Below, one piece after another: positions 63,766 to 64,000 of a stretch of DNA of 64,000 bases. Numbering within the stretch: the first letter of the stretch is position 1; each line of letters opens with the position of its first letter. The position numbers and the translations under genes are program-made. The DNA lies in NCBI GenBank assembly GCA_964016885.1, contig OZ024743.1, positions 261,144,001 through 261,208,000 on the forward strand, in the 5' to 3' direction. This DNA comes from Eledone cirrhosa. Its lineage: Eukaryota. Below the pieces are notes generated by a model. The model had not been told where the DNA came from and searched no databases. It saw nothing but the letters and a program-made list of their open reading frames with translations.

Positions 63766-64000
63766 ATATATCTTCATTGTACTGTATTGTTTTGCTGTGT
63801 TGTTTTCCGTTTACTTTTCATGCACACACATAAATACATACATACATGAAAGATGTACATGTAATATAGACACATTCAAACCGTTGGACCCTATACTAAC
63901 TTAAATTTCAGGTGAGCCTACACTGGCCAACAGAATGAATTTCCCTCATTCACCAAAAACTAACTGCAGTAAGAGTGGTTAGTCATTATGTGTGTTTATA

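Noticed and set aside
63905-63975. TTTCAG acceptor as a downstream synaptojanin exon
   Set aside because: The translation does not resemble the expected synaptojanin sequence.

Overview
Eukaryotic, repeat-dominated animal DNA. The SINE, RTE and microsatellite repertoire looks cephalopod (octopus-like); this is inferred, not verified. 0.9-17.0 kb is a ~16 kb satellite of a 32-34 bp unit, and all ORF calls there are artefacts. 18.4-24.6 kb holds two different Penelope-like retroelements (PLEs) joined head-to-head between two (TA)n tracts: a 5'-truncated Neptune-type copy on - and a near-intact Naiad-type copy on +. The two 764-bp pseudo-LTRs of the Naiad copy each carry a hammerhead-ribozyme fold with the non-canonical U3-A8 core. 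Next come a non-coding LTR element (tRNA-Trp PBS) and a full-length decayed Tx1/L1 LINE whose ORF1-ORF2 spacer reads as a 37-nt intron that would fuse both ORFs in frame. The rest includes many CRE-type and RTE-type LINE fragments, SINEs, piggyBac-type MITEs, two non-autonomous Helitrons, minisatellites and two near-perfect palindromes. The only host gene recognised is the first coding exon of synaptojanin (43499-43622, +); everything downstream is probably its first intron. All family assignments come from recalled motifs, not database searches, and boundaries of decayed repeats are approximate.
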